From IMG/VR virus record IMGVR_UViG_3300033148_005029: a stretch of DNA of 20,000 bases; one strand, written 5' to 3'. Shown here one piece after another: positions 15,210 to 20,000 of this stretch. The position numbers were made by a program, and so were the translations under genes. This DNA comes from an uncultured virus (IMG/VR IMGVR_UViG_3300033148_005029) (lineage: Duplodnaviria; Heunggongvirae; Uroviricota; Caudoviricetes). Numbering within the stretch: the first letter of the stretch is position 1; each line of letters starts with the position of its first letter. Below the pieces are notes generated by a model. The model saw nothing but the letters and a program-made list of their open reading frames with translations. It searched no databases and was not told the DNA's origin.

Positions 15210-18200
15210 ATGGCCGAGTCGAGAGGTATGGCGATCGTCCGCTCGGGCGATACATCCATCCTGTTTCGCGCTGCGCTCTACGATGTCGCGGATGCGAAGA
15301 TCGTTGCAGGTACGACGAGCCTGCGGTTGTGGCACGTCGTGCCGACGACTGGCGCCGTCGAGACCTACGATTTCAACGATGACACTTTCAAAGCCGGCGC
15401 GGTGACGACTGCGACCTCGGCGATGGTGCATCGTCAGGCGGAGAACAGCACGTACGACACCGGCGTGTGGACGCTTCGCCATGCGACGCTGACCGCGTTC
15501 ACGACGGGAGACAAGTACGTCGCTGAGGTCTCGCACGCGAGTCTCACCCGCGAGATTCACATCGAGTTCCAGTACGGCGCGACCGAAGGCGATGTGCAGT
15601 TCGACGTGTGGGAGGAGATTCTCACCGCTGGTACGCACGACGTCGCGACTTCGGCCGGTCGTCGCCTCCGCGAGATCGGCACCTCGGTCATCCGTGAGAA
15701 CACGGCGCAGGGGCCGGGCACAGGCAACAACCAAATCCAGCTCGACGCTGGCGCGTCGGCGGTGAACGGACAGTACGATCCTTCTCTCGTCGTGCTCACG
15801 GGCGGCACAGGCGCCGGACAGAGCCGGATGGTGCTGGAGTACGCCGGAGCGACGAAGACGGCGACCGTGGATCGCAACTGGCGGACGAATCCCGACGCGA
15901 CGACGGTCTTCCAAGTTCTCGCTTTCCCCGGTCGTGAGCACGTCAACGAGGGACTCTTCACGGCAGCTACTGCGATCACGGCGCAGCTCAACACGGCAGC
16001 CTCGGCGCTGGATAACGCCTACCTCGGACAGACGCTCTTCATCCGCTCGGGGACAGGTGAGGATCAGGCTCGCGTCGTCGTCGCTTACGAAGGAGCGACT
16101 CGCACCTGCATCATAAACCGGCCTTGGGGCGTCACGCCCGACACGACGTCGGCCTATGTCATGCTTCCGCAGAGCACACCGGCGGAAGTACCGCACAACC
16201 CGACGGGCTCCAGCCTTGTCACCGGGTCGACCATCTCCGGTACCGTCACGAACATCGGGCTCAACGATGCTTCGTATTGGGTCATGGCACCTGTTGGTGT
16301 TGCGGTTGGTGGGTTCGGTCTGAACCTTGAGCTGACCTTCTTGCTCACGCAGTACAACGCGGCCTCTGCGGTCGTCGTCGATGCGAAGTGGACAGGCTCG
16401 GGGCCTGTCGACATGTGGATATGGAACTACGCCACATCCGCGTGGGATCGCCACAGCCATGTCGGCAAAGAGATCGATGGTGCGGCCGATCAGACCTTCA
16501 CGTACGCCGTCCTGAGCGAGTACCAGCAGGACACCGACGGTGAGGTGAAGCTGCGGTTCACCTCACCGAGCACGACTGTCGGCGATCGGTTCAGCCTCGA
16601 CCAGTCTGTCGTGCAGTCGGTGCCGGTAGGTAAGCTGACGGCTGCTGACACATCGGACTCGGCCTTCCGTCGCTTCGTGCCTCTTGCGTACGACGGTGCC
16701 GTCCATATCGACACGGTTAGCGGTGTTGCTGGCCGGGATCTTGGTTTTCATGGTACGACGACGAACCCGGTTGACAACGTCTCTGACGCACGAGCGTTAG
16801 CTGATCTGCTCGGAGTCAGGGCTTACCACCTCGAACCTGGCACGTCGATCACACTCGTGAGTGAGCACAAGAACTGGGAGTTCATGGGGCCTAACGCAAC
16901 GGTGGACCTCGGCAGTCAGGATGTCGACCGGGCGTTCTTCCAGTATTGCCGGGTCACCGGCACGTGTACGATCTCTGCTCCATTTGCCTTCCCGACTTGC
17001 TACGACTGCAATCTGAACTCGCTCATCACCCCGCTTATCGTTGCAATCCGGTGCTCGTGTCGTGACGTGACGATGTCGACAGCGTCGCAGTTCCACACAT
17101 TCGCCGACTGCAACGGTGGTGAGACGGGTGCGGCCGTCCATGACCATACCTTTGCGGCAACTTGTGAGGCGCAGTTCCTCCGTTGGTCGGGGCAGCTCTC
17201 CCTCAAGTCGATGGCGGCCGGATGCATCGCACACGTCGAGGGTACGTCGGTCGAGCTGACCATTGACGCGACCTGCTCGGGCGGTGTCGTCAACATCGCC
17301 GGCAACGTCCACCTCACGGACAACTCCGGCGGCGCGGTGACGATCAACCAGGAGGCGCGGGTCACAGAGCTGTCGCTTGCGGCGGGTGTGTGGGATGAGA
17401 ACATCGTCACCTCGCACGGCACGCTGCAGTCGGCCGGCTACCTGGTCCGTCAGCTCGCCGCCGGTATCGCCGCCCGCACGAACAACAGCAACCTCAACGC
17501 GCTGCTCGCGGTCGCCGACGTTCCGGGGCACACGCTCCCGAGCACAGACGCCGACGCGGTGTGGGATGAGAACATCGTCACCGCACACGGTACCGGGTCG
17601 ACTGCGGGCCTCCTCCTGCGTGCTCTCGGCGCGAACATCTCTGCGCGCGCCAACTTCCCGACGCTGAACGACCTGCTCGCGGTGCCGGACGTCGTGAACA
17701 ACACCATTGCGCACAGCATCTGGGATCGTGCGCTTACCGCGGTGCTGCACAACGTCGTGGACTCGGCAGGACAGCGGCTTCGCGCGATCGACGACCTCTT
17801 GCAGGGTGGTGGCTCCGGTGACGCGGCGGCCATTCTCTTGGAGGTGTCGAAGCTCGACGCGGCGACGCTCACGTCTCCGCCGATCGCCGGCAGCGTCGCA
17901 GCGAAGCTTGACGCGATCATCGCGGGCATCAGCGGTGGCGTGGAGTTCGTCGTCATCGTCTCGATTCGTGGCACGGAGCTGCACATCGAGGTCGGGCTTG
18001 AGGAGCTTGGCATCGTCCTGACGACGCCGACGACGTGTCAGGTCGAGTTCTTCGCTGAAGGGGGCGGGCTTGTTCACACCCTTTCGGCCGGCGACTTCGG
18101 GGCGATCGGCACGCGCGGCTTCTTCCAGTACGACTGGGATCCGCATCTCTTGACGGTCGGCAACGCGTACCAGCTGAAGATCAACATCGACGCCGGTACG

Positions 18201-18239
18201 TACATTTCGACGAAGCTCATCAAGCTCATCAGCGTGTAG
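15210..18239 (+). CDS. 1009-aa multidomain putative tail fibre/spike or baseplate accessory protein
   Basis: SD AGGAG. Two GGTGAGQSR/SGTGEDQAR beta repeats, a beta-helix-like start (VHIDTVSG...GTTTNPVDNVSDA) followed by a Cys-rich segment, and repeated VWDE...H...SAG motifs. Function inferred from context only. Confidence 0.7.
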   Translation: MAESRGMAIVRSGDTSILFRAALYDVADAKIVAGTTSLRLWHVVPTTGAVETYDFNDDTFKAGAVTTATSAMVHRQAENSTYDTGVWTLRHATLTAFTTGDKYVAEVSHASLTREIHIEFQYGATEGDVQFDVWEEILTAGTHDVATSAGRRLREIGTSVIRENTAQGPGTGNNQIQLDAGASAVNGQYDPSLVVLTGGTGAGQSRMVLEYAGATKTATVDRNWRTNPDATTVFQVLAFPGREHVNEGLFTAATAITAQLNTAASALDNAYLGQTLFIRSGTGEDQARVVVAYEGATRTCIINRPWGVTPDTTSAYVMLPQSTPAEVPHNPTGSSLVTGSTISGTVTNIGLNDASYWVMAPVGVAVGGFGLNLELTFLLTQYNAASAVVVDAKWTGSGPVDMWIWNYATSAWDRHSHVGKEIDGAADQTFTYAVLSEYQQDTDGEVKLRFTSPSTTVGDRFSLDQSVVQSVPVGKLTAADTSDSAFRRFVPLAYDGAVHIDTVSGVAGRDLGFHGTTTNPVDNVSDARALADLLGVRAYHLEPGTSITLVSEHKNWEFMGPNATVDLGSQDVDRAFFQYCRVTGTCTISAPFAFPTCYDCNLNSLITPLIVAIRCSCRDVTMSTASQFHTFADCNGGETGAAVHDHTFAATCEAQFLRWSGQLSLKSMAAGCIAHVEGTSVELTIDATCSGGVVNIAGNVHLTDNSGGAVTINQEARVTELSLAAGVWDENIVTSHGTLQSAGYLVRQLAAGIAARTNNSNLNALLAVADVPGHTLPSTDADAVWDENIVTAHGTGSTAGLLLRALGANISARANFPTLNDLLAVPDVVNNTIAHSIWDRALTAVLHNVVDSAGQRLRAIDDLLQGGGSGDAAAILLEVSKLDAATLTSPPIAGSVAAKLDAIIAGISGGVEFVVIVSIRGTELHIEVGLEELGIVLTTPTTCQVEFFAEGGGLVHTLSAGDFGAIGTRGFFQYDWDPHLLTVGNAYQLKINIDAGTYISTKLIKLISV
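17388..17582 (+). repeat. Intragenic direct repeat, 171-bp (57-codon) period
   Basis: GTGTGGGATGAGAACATCGTCACC is identical at 17388-17411 and 17559-17582. Similarity continues at protein level (NLNALLAVADV vs TLNDLLAVPDV). Confidence 0.85.
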
Positions 18240-18246
18240 GCACCGC

Positions 18247-20000
18247 ATGACGATCATCGTTGATGACAGTGGGCATCCCGTACTGCCGGGGGTACTCCCC
18301 GGTGTCGCGATCGGTCCCGCTTCTGTTCCGCCTACGTCCTTCTGGGCGACGATGGCGGCGGTTCCGCCTGTCGTCGCTCCGCCTGTCGTCTCCGATCCTG
18401 ACGCGGATGTGCGCTTCGTCCTGCCGGATCTCTACTATTTCTACCCGCAGGTCATCCGCAACGAGGACGTGTATCTCGTTCCGCGCGGTGACGTTCCGGT
18501 GTACTTCTGGGACACCGTGCTGACGTGGGACACCGAACCTTACTCGTGGGATCAGCTGATCGGCCCGGAGCCGATTCTGCACACGACGACTCGCTGCCAG
18601 CAGATTGAATGGGAGCGCTCAGCGCTGGAGATCAACCGGCTGACGCGGCTGATCGACATCTTTGAGGTGCCCGCTGCCTACCTCGTGTACATCGCGGCGC
18701 AGCTCGGGACGGTGCTACCCGGCACGAACGTCAGCGAGCAGCGGCTCTTCCTCTTCAACCTCGTGAAGTTCTACAAGGGGAAGGGCACACCGCTCACCTT
18801 CGTGCGCATGTTCGAGACGATGGGTTTTCATGTCTTCCTCACCGAGCAGTACCAGCGGGTGACGGACGCGAACTTCGTTCCCGGACCGCAGATAGCGCTT
18901 GTCGAGAGCACGTATGTCCTGGACGAAGCGGCCGGTACGACCATCGCCTCTCCGGGACCGTACCGGCTACGCCTTGCCAGCAACCCCGTCATGCGTGGCT
19001 CCATCAAGGTCACGGTCTACGATCAGGATGCCAACGCCCCGCGCGTCTTCATCGACAACAACGGCAGCTGGTCGGGCAACGTCACTGGCACCATCGACTA
19101 CGAGACGGGAGCAGGCTTCTTTGTGCTGCCAGACACGCCGACGCTCGTGGGGCAGCCGATCACCGTCACGTACCGCTACCTCGCCGATCCGTTTCCGGAC
19201 CCGTACGGAAGCCGGTGGGTGGACAGAGTGCGCAGCTCGTACGTCGCGGCGGCGTTTCAGGCGATCGATGACACGGTCGTCGTCACCGAAGAGCTGGCTG
19301 AGCGGCTGGAGGCGATGCTGGAGTTGCTTCGCCCCGCACACGTCCTGTTCGACGACGTTAGCCTCCGCAGCGCGTGGATCGAGGACGCGGCACCGACCGA
19401 AGAGATGAACATCTTCGGCATCCTGTTCTATGAACCGGTGTTCGAGGTGCCTTATCGCGGCTACGGCTACGACGTTACTGAGAACATGTCGACCATCCCG
19501 GACCAGCCGTTCGCGGGTCGGCACCGGGACGAAGAAGAGTGGATCATCACGTACGAGCAGGACGCCTTGCCGACTCCGCAGGCGCCCTACGTGTACCCGT
19601 GGTCGCGCACGGGGACGTTTTACAACCCGCTCGACGTTACCTCTCCGACGAAGGACTACCTCGGCTACAGCCCCTACGACAGCTATGAGAGCGCGGTTAC
19701 GGCGGACCTCGTAGCCTCGACGACCATCTTCTCCATCACGGACGTGGGCACTCTCCCGGCGACGATCGGTAGCGGCAATTGCAAGCTCGTCTTCAAGACG
19801 GCGTCCGCGAAGCTCTCGGGGGAGTGGAGCGGCGTCGTGACCATCGTCGATAGCGGCGCCTACTTCACGGTCACGGTGAGCCCCGCGCTTCCGCTCGTGC
19901 CAGAGACGGGCGACGAGGTCATCCTGCTCCCGAACCGCGCGGTTCGGCGGGATTGCCTCGACGTGCGGCCGATCGACGCCCTTGATATCTACTACGTCGA
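18247..20000 (+). CDS. Baseplate wedge/tail protein I-like (P2 gpI / T4 gp7-like), 3'-truncated; absent from the ORF track
   Basis: Manual translation from ATG 18247 stays open to the window end. Contains LIDIFEVPAAYLVYIAAQLG...QRLFLFNLVKFYKGKGT and LELLRPAHVLF, matching gpI-type DP..LP.LA...YK.KGT and KPAH motifs. Confidence 0.85.
   Translation, partial: MTIIVDDSGHPVLPGVLPGVAIGPASVPPTSFWATMAAVPPVVAPPVVSDPDADVRFVLPDLYYFYPQVIRNEDVYLVPRGDVPVYFWDTVLTWDTEPYSWDQLIGPEPILHTTTRCQQIEWERSALEINRLTRLIDIFEVPAAYLVYIAAQLGTVLPGTNVSEQRLFLFNLVKFYKGKGTPLTFVRMFETMGFHVFLTEQYQRVTDANFVPGPQIALVESTYVLDEAAGTTIASPGPYRLRLASNPVMRGSIKVTVYDQDANAPRVFIDNNGSWSGNVTGTIDYETGAGFFVLPDTPTLVGQPITVTYRYLADPFPDPYGSRWVDRVRSSYVAAAFQAIDDTVVVTEELAERLEAMLELLRPAHVLFDDVSLRSAWIEDAAPTEEMNIFGILFYEPVFEVPYRGYGYDVTENMSTIPDQPFAGRHRDEEEWIITYEQDALPTPQAPYVYPWSRTGTFYNPLDVTSPTKDYLGYSPYDSYESAVTADLVASTTIFSITDVGTLPATIGSGNCKLVFKTASAKLSGEWSGVVTIVDSGAYFTVTVSPALPLVPETGDEVILLPNRAVRRDCLDVRPIDALDIYYV

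Larger units (their letters stand above)
1..20000 (+). mobile_element. Phage contractile tail/baseplate gene module (myovirus-like), truncated at both window edges
   Basis: Canonical order of sheath, tube, chaperone, tape measure, tube initiator, LysM, hub, spike, gp25, gp6/J and gpI-like genes. Genes are tightly packed or coupled (TAATG 4635, ATGA 7589, TGATG 8978). Two free-standing homing endonuclease genes are typical of phage genomes. Confidence 0.9.

Noticed and set aside
17388..17582. CRISPR array or DGR template/variable repeat pair
   Set aside because: Only two in-frame copies within one CDS. There is no spacer array, no adenine-specific mismatch pattern that I could see, and no reverse transcriptase or cas gene in the window.
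2118..18239. Stop-codon reassignment, since many genes end in TAG
   Set aside because: The TAG stops fall at expected protein ends, usually with the next gene starting shortly after. No genes are fragmented under the standard code.
15168..18257. Long minus-strand ORFs (15168..16460, 16797..18257) and similar ones such as 9568..10662
   Set aside because: Antisense shadows of GC3-biased real genes. The translations are Arg-rich and motif-free.

Overview
The whole window is one GC-rich, + strand contractile-tail and baseplate morphogenesis module, most likely from a large T4-like myovirus or prophage; an eCIS or tailocin is less likely. Gene order: tail sheath (5'-truncated), free-standing GIY-YIG endonuclease, tail tube, Zn-ribbon tail/baseplate assembly chaperone plus a small overlapping +1-frame ORF, tape measure, tube initiator, LysM/gp53-like protein, hub, OB-fold spike, gp25, antisense NUMOD4-HNH endonuclease, 1024-aa gp6/J-like wedge, two orphan structural-looking genes, and a gpI/gp7-like wedge that is 3'-truncated and missing from the ORF track. 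Highlights: (1) a candidate +1 frameshift (TTC TTT CGT C) at the tail-chaperone locus; (2) both endonuclease genes have a promoter and an SD-sequestering hairpin, next to host-gene ends with abruptly shifted codon usage; (3) a ~100-aa module shared by sheath and wedge and inserted in nested, Russian-doll fashion; (4) a spike whose repeats become Leu/Val-rich towards an HxH tip. All family calls come from motif recognition by eye and from synteny; no database searches were run.
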